From an uncultured Bacteroidota bacterium (GTDB lineage Bacteria; Bacteroidota; Ignavibacteria; UBA10030; UBA6906): a DNA stretch of 64,000 nt. The notes under the pieces were generated by a model. It saw only the letters and a program-made list of their open reading frames with translations, was not told the DNA's origin and did not search any database. The stretch spans positions 1,664,001 to 1,728,000 of the forward strand of contig CAVOYH010000003.1 in NCBI GenBank assembly GCA_963700635.1, written 5' to 3'. The translations under genes were made by a program, and so were the position numbers. Below, one piece after another: positions 39,070 to 48,371 of this stretch; within the stretch, counting starts at the first letter, position 1; the number at the start of each line of letters is the position of its first letter.

Positions 39070-41163
39070 ATGAAGGATTTCGCACCTGATCACATCCGCA
39101 ACGTCAGTTTCATTGGCCACGGCGGTGCCGGGAAGACGATGGCTGCAGAAGCGCTCCTGTTTTCCTCGGGCGCCACGACGCGACTCGGGCGCGTTGAAGA
39201 GGGGAACACCATCTCCGATTATCGCGCCGATGAAATCGAGCGGCAGATTTCCGTCAGCAGCTCCCTCCTCCATTGTGAATGGAAATCGCACAAGATCACC
39301 CTGCTCGATACCCCGGGGTATACGGACTTCACCGGAGACGTGAAAGCGGCACTGCGCGTTACGGACTCTGCGGTCCTTCTCCTCAAAGCAGTCGAGGGTG
39401 TTGAAGTCGGCACCGAAATCGTGTGGCGGCATACCGAAGAGTATCAGAACGCCGTCTTTCTCCTTCTGAACAAGCTCGACCAGGAAAACTCGGATTTCGA
39501 CCGTGTGGTAGCCCAGGCGCGGGAACTTCTGAGCCACGACATCGTGCCGCTGCAGTTTCCCCTGAAGCAGGGTCTCGGATTCGAAAGCGTCGTCGATGTC
39601 GTCCGCATGAAGCTGTTGAAGTTCCAACCAGGCGGCAACGGGAAATACAGCGAGGAAGAGATCCCGGCCGAGGCGCAGGCCAAGGCTCAGGAGTATCGTC
39701 AGCAGTTCATGGAACTCATTGCGGAAACCGAAGAAGCGCTGCTCAATACCTATCTCGAGAAAGGCACCCTTGCGCCGGAAGAGATCAAACAGGGTCTGAA
39801 AGCCGGCATCAGGCAGCGCAAACTCTTTCCCCTGCTGTGCAGTGCCGCCACGCAGAACATCGGCCTTTCCAGCCTCCTCGATGCGCTTGTGGAGTATGCT
39901 CCTGCACCCGTCGAGCGTGGGGCGATCAGCGGGACATCCGGTGGTAAGGACATACCAATTCCCCAGGATCCCGCCGGGCAGCCGGCTCTCTTTGTCTTCA
40001 AGACCGTGTCCGAATCCCATGTGGGAGAACTTTCATTCTTCCGGGTGCTCAACGGAACGGTGGCACCAGGTCTCGATATGGTCAACAACAGCAACGGGAA
40101 GCCGGAACGACTGGCACAGCTGTTCGTGATGGAAGGCAAGGAACGGAAAGAGATCGGACGGCTGTCGGCAGGGGATATCGGCGCGGTGGTGAAGCTGAAG
40201 GATACCCATACGAACGATACGCTGAGCACCAAGGCATTCCCGGTGGTGTATCCGCCGATCGCGTTCCCTGATTCGGTCTTCCAGATGGCCGTCGTTCCGC
40301 ATTCCAAAGGGGACGAGGACAAAATTTCTTCGGGACTGCATTCCCTCCACCAGGAGGATCCGACCTTCCGCTTCCGCGTCGATTCCGAATTACACCAGAC
40401 CATCGTCAGCGGTCAGGGCGAGGTGCACCTCGACATGATGGTCAAACGCCTGAAGCAACGCTATAATGTCGAAGTGGATCTCGTCGAACCGCGGGTCCCG
40501 TACCGGGAGACGATCAAAGCGGTGGTGAAAGACTCGGAATACAAGCACAAGAAACAGACGGGCGGGCACGGCCAGTACGGGCATGTGCACCTCCGGCTGG
40601 AACCGTTGAAACGCGGTCAGGGGTTTGAATTCCTGGATGAAATCGTCGGGGGAGTCGTCCCCGGCAAGTTCATCCCCGCGGTCGAGAAAGGGGTCGTCGA
40701 GTCGATGAAGGATGGCGTTCTCGCCGGCTATCCTGTGGTTGACGTCCGCGTTGCGCTCCATTACGGATCTTACCACGACGTCGACTCTTCGGAAATGGCG
40801 TTCAAGATCGCCGGCACGATGGCATTCCGCAGGGGGTTCCTGGAGGCAAAGCCGATTTTGCTCGAACCGATTTACAATATCGAGGTCCGTGTACCGGATG
40901 ATGCCATGGGAGACGTCATGGGCGATATCTCTTCCCGCAGAGGAAAGATTGCCGGGATGGATACGGACGGACGGTATCAGATCATCCGGGCGACGGTGCC
41001 TGCGGCGGAATTACACAAATATGCGACCGTGCTCCGGTCCATGACCGGCGGGCGCGGTGTCTTTTCCTCGACCATGTCGCATTACGAAGAAGTGCCGCGT
41101 GAACATGCCGAGAAGATTGTGGCGGCCGCCGAGAAGAACAAGAACCACGAACAGGAAGCCTGA
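39070..41163 (+). CDS. fusA: Elongation factor G paralog (EF-G2-like)
   Basis: GHGGAGKT, DTPGY.DF, NKLD, VPYRETI, KKQTGGHGQYG, SYHDVDSSE.AF; not in the str operon. Confidence 0.9.
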   Translation: MKDFAPDHIRNVSFIGHGGAGKTMAAEALLFSSGATTRLGRVEEGNTISDYRADEIERQISVSSSLLHCEWKSHKITLLDTPGYTDFTGDVKAALRVTDSAVLLLKAVEGVEVGTEIVWRHTEEYQNAVFLLLNKLDQENSDFDRVVAQARELLSHDIVPLQFPLKQGLGFESVVDVVRMKLLKFQPGGNGKYSEEEIPAEAQAKAQEYRQQFMELIAETEEALLNTYLEKGTLAPEEIKQGLKAGIRQRKLFPLLCSAATQNIGLSSLLDALVEYAPAPVERGAISGTSGGKDIPIPQDPAGQPALFVFKTVSESHVGELSFFRVLNGTVAPGLDMVNNSNGKPERLAQLFVMEGKERKEIGRLSAGDIGAVVKLKDTHTNDTLSTKAFPVVYPPIAFPDSVFQMAVVPHSKGDEDKISSGLHSLHQEDPTFRFRVDSELHQTIVSGQGEVHLDMMVKRLKQRYNVEVDLVEPRVPYRETIKAVVKDSEYKHKKQTGGHGQYGHVHLRLEPLKRGQGFEFLDEIVGGVVPGKFIPAVEKGVVESMKDGVLAGYPVVDVRVALHYGSYHDVDSSEMAFKIAGTMAFRRGFLEAKPILLEPIYNIEVRVPDDAMGDVMGDISSRRGKIAGMDTDGRYQIIRATVPAAELHKYATVLRSMTGGRGVFSSTMSHYEEVPREHAEKIVAAAEKNKNHEQEA

Positions 41164-41174
41164 GAGGCAGCGCG

Positions 41175-41681
41175 ATGCAGCGCATGTGGTCGCCCTGGCG
41201 ATCGAAGTATATTGCGACGTTCAAAAAGCCTCCCGTGAAGAAGCGGGGAGGCGCCAGCCTCTTTGCAACTGCACTCCGTTCCCGGAGCGATGGCCGGAAC
41301 CTCATCGTCTGGAGGGGCCCGCTCTGTTTCGTCATCATGAACAGGTATCCGTATAACAGCGGTCATGTGATGGTTGTCCCGAACCGTCAGACTGCGGATA
41401 TTCAGGACCTGACACCAGACGAACTCACCGAAATCATGCAAACCGTCCAGCGCTCGATCCGGGCGCTGGATGCCGTCATGCACCCGCAGGGGTATAACTT
41501 CGGCACAAACCTCGGACGCGTGAGCGGGGCAGGGGTGGACGATCATGTGCATTTTCACATTGTCCCCCGCTGGACCGGGGACACGAACTTCATGCCGGTT
41601 CTCTCCGATACGAAGGTGATTTCGGAGGACATGAAGCAGACCCTCAAAAAGCTCCGAAAACACTTCAAAAACGGGGCATAG
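41175..41681 (+). CDS. HIT family hydrolase (Ap4A phosphorylase-like)
   Basis: WSPWR..YI, MNRYPYNSGH.MVVP, N.G.NLG..SGAG...HVHFHIVPRW.GD.NFM. Confidence 0.9.
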   Translation: MQRMWSPWRSKYIATFKKPPVKKRGGASLFATALRSRSDGRNLIVWRGPLCFVIMNRYPYNSGHVMVVPNRQTADIQDLTPDELTEIMQTVQRSIRALDAVMHPQGYNFGTNLGRVSGAGVDDHVHFHIVPRWTGDTNFMPVLSDTKVISEDMKQTLKKLRKHFKNGA

Positions 41682-41717
41682 AGATTAAACGCCGCGTCTC
41701 CCCCCGTGTCTAATCTC

Positions 41718-42272
41718 ATGGATGCGTTGACCGATTCCCAACTGGTGGACGAAGTACGCTCCGGCAACCGGCAGGCGTACACCCAGCTGATGCGCCGGTA
41801 TCAGGAAAAGGTCTACTGGGTGGCCCGCAGGATTGTGGGCACCCATGCAGACGCGGACGATATCGTGCAGGAGACGTTTATCAAGGCGTTCCTGAGCCTT
41901 GGCGACTTCCGGGGCGACGCAGGGTTCTATACGTGGATCTATCGTATTGCGGTGAATCTTTCTCTGAATACACTCCGCAAACGGCACGTCATGAACTACC
42001 TCCGGGAGAGCGAGCTTGCCCAAAAAGTGATCCCGGCTCGCGAGAACCCGCACGAGGAGCTTGAAGCAAAAGAGCTCGAATCGCTGATCGGCCGGGCGGT
42101 AAAAGCCCTGCCGGATAAACAGCGGGCTGTGTTTGTGATGCGGTATTATGATGAGATGTCCTACGAAGAGATAGCATACGTTCTGAAAACATCCATTGGC
42201 GGCCTCAAGGCCAATTACTTCCATGCACTGCGCAAGGTGCAGGAGTTCTTGAAACATGAAACTGCGAAGTGA
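41718..42272 (+). CDS. ECF RNA polymerase sigma factor
   Basis: DADDIVQETFIKA, FYTWIYRIAVN, LPDKQRAVFVMRYYDEMSYEEIA, LKANYFHA. Confidence 0.92.
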   Translation: MDALTDSQLVDEVRSGNRQAYTQLMRRYQEKVYWVARRIVGTHADADDIVQETFIKAFLSLGDFRGDAGFYTWIYRIAVNLSLNTLRKRHVMNYLRESELAQKVIPARENPHEELEAKELESLIGRAVKALPDKQRAVFVMRYYDEMSYEEIAYVLKTSIGGLKANYFHALRKVQEFLKHETAK

Positions 42273-42783
42273 AAAGCACCGGATAACTGACGAGGAGGAG
42301 ACATCCCTCGAGGGTGCCGTGCGCTCGCTTGCCGGGGACACCCGCGAACCATCGACCCCTCCTCCTGCATACTGGCAGAACCTTCCCCTCCGGATGAACA
42401 GGGCGATCGATGAGGCAACGAGCGGCGTGGCCATCTCCCTGAGCTGGGTGGCCCGCGTTGCCATCCCGGGAGTAGTGGCAATTCTCTCGTTTCTGATCGG
42501 TTTGCGATACTACGCACCCGACATGGGTACGAGCCCGGCGTCGGTCAAAGAAGTTGCCCAGGCTCTCCCGGTGAGAACGGTCGATTCGTTGTATGTGGCG
42601 ATGATTGCAAGTGCAGACAGCGCGACCGCGAGCACGTTCGAAGAGCAGGTTCTTGCCATGCCCGTGGATCAGGCGCGGGAGTACTACGTCGTGCAAGCGG
42701 GGACGCGGACACTTCTGGAAGACCTGTCTGAGCAGGAAGTCCGGGACGTGGTCGCCCGACTCGGTTCGAACATCAATTTGTAG
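42256..42783 (+). CDS. Putative membrane-anchored anti-sigma factor
   Basis: Overlaps ECF sigma end; PPPAYWQNLP.R motif then one TM helix. Confidence 0.65.
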   Translation: MKLRSEKHRITDEEETSLEGAVRSLAGDTREPSTPPPAYWQNLPLRMNRAIDEATSGVAISLSWVARVAIPGVVAILSFLIGLRYYAPDMGTSPASVKEVAQALPVRTVDSLYVAMIASADSATASTFEEQVLAMPVDQAREYYVVQAGTRTLLEDLSEQEVRDVVARLGSNINL

Positions 42784-42798
42784 GGAGCACACCCAGCC

Positions 42799-43281
42799 AT
42801 GCGAACATTCGTGTACACGTTGATGATTGCGGGCGTCTGCGTATCTCTGGCGACAGGCCAGGATGACCGGCCCCGGCATGATCCCCGCCCCTTTGAGAGG
42901 GTTGAGCGATTGAGAAAGGTGCGCCTGGTGGAGGCCCTGGATCTGAAGGAAGACCAGGCAGTACGGTTTCTGGCGCGGATGAACGAATTTGAAAAAAAAC
43001 GCCATGAGACCATGATGGCGCGTCAGGACGCCCTTGACAGACTGGAGAAGCTGATTCAGGACGGGGCCAGTGATAAAGAGCTGGAGAAGGCCTTTGTGCC
43101 GCTTTCGGGCCTGGAGGAACAGATGGTTTCCGAGAGACGTCAGTTTTTTGCCGGACTTTCCGACATTCTTTCCACGCAGCAGAGGGCCAGATTTCTCACG
43201 TTTGAGCGCCGGTTCGACAGAGAGCTTCGGGAGGCGGTCCGGGATGCGCAGCGGAAGCGCATGAGGGGTGACGAGCCCTAA
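42799..43281 (+). CDS. Exported Spy/CpxP-like helical protein
   Basis: Signal peptide, L.L.EDQA..F, ILSTQQRARFL.FE (LTxxQ-like). Confidence 0.65.
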   Translation: MRTFVYTLMIAGVCVSLATGQDDRPRHDPRPFERVERLRKVRLVEALDLKEDQAVRFLARMNEFEKKRHETMMARQDALDRLEKLIQDGASDKELEKAFVPLSGLEEQMVSERRQFFAGLSDILSTQQRARFLTFERRFDRELREAVRDAQRKRMRGDEP

Positions 43282-43307
43282 CGCTGCAAGAGAGGCCTTT
43301 TTTCAAG

Positions 43308-43340
43308 AGCGGATGACCCATGTGGTTGTCCGCTTTTTTT
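43308..43340 (+). terminator. Intrinsic terminator after ECF locus
   Basis: AGCGGATGACC-catgt-GGTTGTCCGCT followed by T tract. Confidence 0.7.
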
Positions 43341-43350
43341 GTTTTGTGCG

Positions 43351-43539
43351 ATTCCCATTTCTGGTTCCGACATTCCCATTTGTAAAAAACCTCGCATTTG
43401 TGCTGTTGAATTTCTCTACATGTTCGTCATTCTTCAGATCACTGAAAGCTCCAAATTCGGGCAATTTGCATTGAAATCGATAGTTTGAGTACGCGACCCT
43501 GTTTCTCGTGAAAGAGGCCTTGATGGCATGCGAATTGAC
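43351..43539 (+). promoter_or_regulatory. Putative sigma54-type promoter with enhancer-like repeats and IHF-like site for the multiheme cytochrome
   Basis: ATTCCCATTT direct repeat at 43351 and 43372; AATCGATAGTTTG at 43475-43487; TGGCAT-GCGAA-TTGAC at 43524-43539. Confidence 0.55.
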
Positions 43540-43760
43540 GCCTTTTAGAGAGAAGTTGTACCGCTACCTGATACTCCGTTCTTTTCCTCCATCCAATCTT
43601 CGAGAACCCGGCCGGGAAGATCCCATTCAGAATACACCATCGAACGCTTTGAAGTGTGCAGTACGGCTGGCGAAACGTGCGGGATGGATGAGGATTGCGA
43701 TGGTCAGACAACGTGAATGGGTTCTTCTCCATTAACACAAAATCACAGGGAGGTATCACC

Positions 43761-45902
43761 ATGGTGCGTTTGGTAAAAGTGTTAGGCCTGCTGCTGATCG
43801 CCGCGCTCCTGCTGGCCCCGATGTTTGAGGCGGCGGCGCAGGGGATCAAAGTCAAGACCATTGGACGGTCATTGAATAGCATGACACTGCCGATCAAGGG
43901 TTCACCCGCTCCGGCCTGGAACATTGCCACCGGTCTCCGGGCGGTTGGTGTACAGAGCAGGGTCTATTTCAAAGCCGACACGATCGGATCGGGCGCAGTC
44001 GGAACACCGGCGTGGACGCTTGTTTCGAAGCCGGCAACCTCCACTGCAACGCTTGACAGCGCCGATGGTAAATGGATCAACAGCTTCAAGGCCGATCTCG
44101 TCGGCCAGTACATCGTATCAGCGACCGTCGGCGGCGCGAGCGGCGCCGATACCGTGTTTGCATCCACCTATGTCGGCGTTGATGCGGCAGCCAACGCAGG
44201 GTGCTTCTGCCATCCTTCGGCTACTCCGATCAAGGCTTCCTGGGAAAAATCTGTTCACGGATCGATGTTTTTCAGAGCGATGACCGGCAACCTGGAAGTC
44301 GAACGCGGCAAAGGTGCGTATGCGGCAGGATGCATCAAGTGTCATACCACCGGTTGGGACAACACCGCCAACAACAACAACTTTGGCTACAAGGTGAAGC
44401 AATCCGGTTGGGACACCACGTGGTACAAGGGTCTGGAATTCATGAGTGGCGACTACTGGATCACCACGGGTGACAGCTCCAAGTGGAACCTGTTAAGTGC
44501 CGGCGAAAAGGTTCTCGGAAACATCGGCTGCGAACAGTGCCACGGCCCTCTGGCCGACCACAAGATGACGGCCGACAAAATGAAGGTCGGCAAGAGCATT
44601 CAACCCGACATGTGCAACCAGTGCCATGACGGTTCACGCCGTCACAGCCTGGGCACCTGGTACGCGAATTCCGGGCACTACCAGATGAACTATGGGGCCA
44701 GTGCCGGCCGCCAAAACTGCATGCCCTGCCATGCCGGCGCGGGCTTCATGTACTACATCAACAACAACCAGGATACGACCGGCAACGGTGCGAACTGGAA
44801 CACCGCTCGCGATGCGGGTACCCCGATCAGCTGCCAGGTCTGCCACGATCCGCACGGAAATGACAATCCGTATGCGCTCCGCACCATGACCCTGAAGGGC
44901 GATTCACTGAAGAACGGCTATGTCCTTCCGGCACAGTACAGGTCATCCACAGGAAACATCTGCATGAACTGCCACGGTGGCCGGTACGCTGTGAAGAGCC
45001 GCATTACCACCACACCGCCATACTACGGATGGGGCGACCGCTTCTATCCGCACTACAACGCCCAGGGCGACATGCTGTTCGGTTCGGGCGGCTATCAGTA
45101 TGGTGATGAGAGCTTCACCGGTCTGATGAGCCACGGTGGAGTTGAAGGTGCATGCGTCGGTTGCCATATGCAGCCACGCAAGAACCGTCTGGATGGCGGC
45201 GGGAACATGCTCGCCAACCATTCGTTCAGCATGACCGACACGATGTTTGCCACGGGTGTCTACAAACCGACCGATGCATGCGCTTCGTGCCACGGTGAAA
45301 TCGAAGACTTCGACGACATCCGCGCAATGTATGATTTCGATCGCAACGGCCAGATTCAAGGCGTCCAAACCGAGATCGCAGGCCTGCTGGCTGAGTTGAA
45401 GTCCCGGCTGCCGATTGACGCAGCTACCGGTGAACCCGTCAACATGCGCAAAGACAGTCTCGCGGTGAAGAACCGTCCGGACCTTATCCAGGGCGTCTGG
45501 AACTACTACTTTGTGAAGTACGACCATTCAAACGGTGCGCACAACACGAAATACGCGGTCCGGTTACTCTACAAGTCCCTCGGCTGGACCCCGCTCGATG
45601 TCGAGCAGACCAGCGAACTTCCGACCGAGTTTGCGCTGAACCAGAACTATCCGAACCCGTTCAACCCGACAACAAACATCGCATTCTCGCTTCCGAGCGA
45701 GCAGCATGTGACGTTGCAGGTGTTTGACGTCCGCGGGTCGCTGGTGAAGACCCTTGCCGACCAGACCTTCCGGGCCGGCACGGTGAACGTGACCTGGGAC
45801 GGTACGAACCTCGTCGGCGGGAAAGTTGCCAGCGGCGTCTATCTGTACAGGATGCAGGCCGGTACCTTTGTCACGGCGAAAAAGATGGTGCTGATGAAAT
45901 AG
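43761..45902 (+). CDS. Secreted multiheme c-type cytochrome with T9SS C-terminal sorting domain
   Basis: GGGAGG RBS; signal peptide ending AAA-Q; CIKCH, CEQCH, CNQCH, CMPCH, CQVCH, CMNCH, CVGCH, CASCH plus CFCH; C-terminal FALNQNYPNPFNPTTNI.F...ASGVYLYRM...KKMVLMK. Confidence 0.92.
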   Translation: MVRLVKVLGLLLIAALLLAPMFEAAAQGIKVKTIGRSLNSMTLPIKGSPAPAWNIATGLRAVGVQSRVYFKADTIGSGAVGTPAWTLVSKPATSTATLDSADGKWINSFKADLVGQYIVSATVGGASGADTVFASTYVGVDAAANAGCFCHPSATPIKASWEKSVHGSMFFRAMTGNLEVERGKGAYAAGCIKCHTTGWDNTANNNNFGYKVKQSGWDTTWYKGLEFMSGDYWITTGDSSKWNLLSAGEKVLGNIGCEQCHGPLADHKMTADKMKVGKSIQPDMCNQCHDGSRRHSLGTWYANSGHYQMNYGASAGRQNCMPCHAGAGFMYYINNNQDTTGNGANWNTARDAGTPISCQVCHDPHGNDNPYALRTMTLKGDSLKNGYVLPAQYRSSTGNICMNCHGGRYAVKSRITTTPPYYGWGDRFYPHYNAQGDMLFGSGGYQYGDESFTGLMSHGGVEGACVGCHMQPRKNRLDGGGNMLANHSFSMTDTMFATGVYKPTDACASCHGEIEDFDDIRAMYDFDRNGQIQGVQTEIAGLLAELKSRLPIDAATGEPVNMRKDSLAVKNRPDLIQGVWNYYFVKYDHSNGAHNTKYAVRLLYKSLGWTPLDVEQTSELPTEFALNQNYPNPFNPTTNIAFSLPSEQHVTLQVFDVRGSLVKTLADQTFRAGTVNVTWDGTNLVGGKVASGVYLYRMQAGTFVTAKKMVLMK

Positions 45903-45937
45903 TATGGAAACGGGGGAGTTTCTCCCTGCGATTCACG

Positions 45938-45979
45938 GGCAAGGCAGGCGGCAGAATTCTCCGCCTGCCTTGCCGTTTT
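45938..45979 (+). terminator. Strong intrinsic terminator after cytochrome gene
   Basis: GGCAAGGCAGGCGG-9 nt-CCGCCTGCCTTGCC then GTTTT. Confidence 0.8.
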
Positions 45980-46033
45980 ATTGAAGGAGCGTCTGGTGGC
46001 GTCTGATGTCCGGCGTGTGGAACGGGGGAAGGC

Positions 46034-48307
46034 ATGAAATGGGCGAGAGGAGTGCGCCTGCGCCCCGCCGGAGCAGTCGCTGTCACCTTGCTGATTGTCC
46101 TGCTCTCTGTGGGCACCCATGGGAACGCCCAACCCCTCCCGGCTGCATGCGGTACCACAGGGGCGACAATCCAGCCCCATGCTGCCAGCGACACCGGAGG
46201 CATCTACCTCACCGCGCGTGGCGTCCTCAGGATACTGGTCGTCTTTGCCAGTTTTCCGGACGATGAAACACCTCATGCCTTCTGGCCCGCGCATCACCCA
46301 CCGCTCTTCATGGATGACTTCATCGATGCGGATACGCTCCGCCGGTCCACGTCTCCACACAACCTCACGGCCTACTTCCGCCAGATGTCGCTTGGCCAGT
46401 TTCATGTGATCGGGGAAGCGATCTGGGTGGAGACCGCTCACTCACAGGAGGAATACAGGAATGGCTCGTACGGGCGGGCCAATACCGATGTGCTCCGGGA
46501 GAAGGTGGACTCCCTGGTCGATTTCTCGGGATACGATTCATGGACCCGCCAGGCGGATTTTCAGCATGTCAATGTCCCCGACAGTGCGGTCGACATGGTG
46601 GTCATGGTATGGCGGACTGCGATGTTCGAATTCATCGGCGAAGCCTCTCTCGGGTACAAACCGCCGATCGTTGCCGATGGCAAACGAATCGACATGGGCT
46701 ATCCCGCCTATCTGCCGCAACCGCTCGGCTCCGGGGTAACCTGCGAGTATCCGTACGGCGATTCTCCGGCCGGCGTGATGCGCACAATGGTGCACGAGAT
46801 CAGCCACTGGCTGCTCGGAATCCCGCATCCGTACAACGGCCTGAAGCCGGACGGGAAATTCCAATTCTGGGGGATGCTGTGCGCGGGAGAACGGCACTCA
46901 TCGTGTGCAAATGCCTACGACCGTGAACGGATGGGGTGGATCACTGTCCCGGAGGCCCCGGCGGATGCCGTTCTGCAGCTCCGGGATTTCGTGACAACAG
47001 GTGACGCGGTGAAATATCACCCCGGGGGGAGCGATCCCTTTGAGTACTTCTATATTGAGAATCACCAGTTGACCTCTGCGTTTGATGACGTCACGCTCAA
47101 CCCGGATGACCGGGGGATCTGGGTCCTCCACCAGCAGGGGCCGTATGCAGAAACGGATAATCTCCGGATCCTTCCCGCCGATGGACGCTGGAATTGGTCC
47201 ACAGACACCCTCTCCACCTCGTGTTTCGGCAAGGGCGTTCCACTGTACGCGAGAAGCACACCGGATATTCATGCCGGTCTCACGCACCGGGATCAAATCC
47301 CGACACCACGCAGTCTTGTCCAGTGGATGCTCGCTTTCCGGAACCAGACCGGCGATGTGCATTGCGGCAAGTTCCTGGCAGGTGAGGGCTTCCGTGGAGC
47401 CTTCCGGAGCGGCGCCCATCGGGTCTTTTCTCCTTACAGCAACCCGGCGGCCCGGACCTGGAACGATGCCCCCACACCCTTTTCTTTTGAAGTCGCGGAC
47501 GAGCAGGGTGGAACTGTCACAATCCGGTTCCCGGGTGATCCCCTCGATGCAGAGCCCGCGCAGCGGTACCTGGGCATTCATCCCCTCCACGCCGGCGACC
47601 CCGCCGGTGCACTCACGTTGGCCTGGGGAACGGAGTGGATCAAAGGCCAGCGTCTCGAACCCGACATTGTCTCATCCGAACTGGAGCGCCGCGTTGGACA
47701 GGCCTCAGTATGGGAGAGCGTGTATGCGGGTCAGGCTACCAGCTGGACCGATTCCGTATTCTCATACGATCCCGCCGGGACGGAGTACGTCTTCTTTCGC
47801 GTCCGGGTGAAAGAGAGCGGAGGGAAGCTCTCAGCATGGTCCGACGAATGGATGGGCAGAATCGGGGCAGTGACCCATGTGTCGGTTCCGATCGACGATG
47901 GTGAGACTTTTCCTGATTTTCCCTTATTGCTGCACAACTATCCCAATCCGTTCAATGCCTCGACGACGATACGGTATGCAGTTGGCACGGGATCACGGTC
48001 CACGGGTATCGGGGGCAGCACAGGGGGCCAAGGAATATCGTTTTCATGGGTGCGGCTTGTTGTCTATGATCTGTTAGGGCGTGAAGTGTCGGTGCTTGTG
48101 GATGGGGAGATCGCTGCAGGCATTCATGAGGTGAAGTTCGAGGGGGGGGAATTGGCAAGCGGCGTCTATGTGTACCGGCTCTATTCCAGTCCGGTTTCCG
48201 CGGATCGCTCAAACGACCCCGGAACGGGAATCCGGTCAGCCAGTTCGGGTCTGCGGGGAAGCCCGGGTAGTACTGTGCAGACACGGACCATGATGTTGCT
48301 CCGATAA
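46034..48307 (+). CDS. Secreted zinc metalloprotease (M6/immune inhibitor A-like) with T9SS CTD
   Basis: Signal peptide, LRILVVFASFPDD, LTAYFRQMSLGQF.V.G, HEISHWLLGIPHPY, YDRERMGWI, YFYIEN, NYPNPFNASTTIRY...LASGVYVYRL...RTMMLLR. Confidence 0.8.
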   Translation: MKWARGVRLRPAGAVAVTLLIVLLSVGTHGNAQPLPAACGTTGATIQPHAASDTGGIYLTARGVLRILVVFASFPDDETPHAFWPAHHPPLFMDDFIDADTLRRSTSPHNLTAYFRQMSLGQFHVIGEAIWVETAHSQEEYRNGSYGRANTDVLREKVDSLVDFSGYDSWTRQADFQHVNVPDSAVDMVVMVWRTAMFEFIGEASLGYKPPIVADGKRIDMGYPAYLPQPLGSGVTCEYPYGDSPAGVMRTMVHEISHWLLGIPHPYNGLKPDGKFQFWGMLCAGERHSSCANAYDRERMGWITVPEAPADAVLQLRDFVTTGDAVKYHPGGSDPFEYFYIENHQLTSAFDDVTLNPDDRGIWVLHQQGPYAETDNLRILPADGRWNWSTDTLSTSCFGKGVPLYARSTPDIHAGLTHRDQIPTPRSLVQWMLAFRNQTGDVHCGKFLAGEGFRGAFRSGAHRVFSPYSNPAARTWNDAPTPFSFEVADEQGGTVTIRFPGDPLDAEPAQRYLGIHPLHAGDPAGALTLAWGTEWIKGQRLEPDIVSSELERRVGQASVWESVYAGQATSWTDSVFSYDPAGTEYVFFRVRVKESGGKLSAWSDEWMGRIGAVTHVSVPIDDGETFPDFPLLLHNYPNPFNASTTIRYAVGTGSRSTGIGGSTGGQGISFSWVRLVVYDLLGREVSVLVDGEIAAGIHEVKFEGGELASGVYVYRLYSSPVSADRSNDPGTGIRSASSGLRGSPGSTVQTRTMMLLR

Positions 48308-48371
48308 CGACATCTGGACGTCTGCGCTGCGAACAGTTGCTTCCTTTTCCGGATTTGCCGTATTTCTTCCC

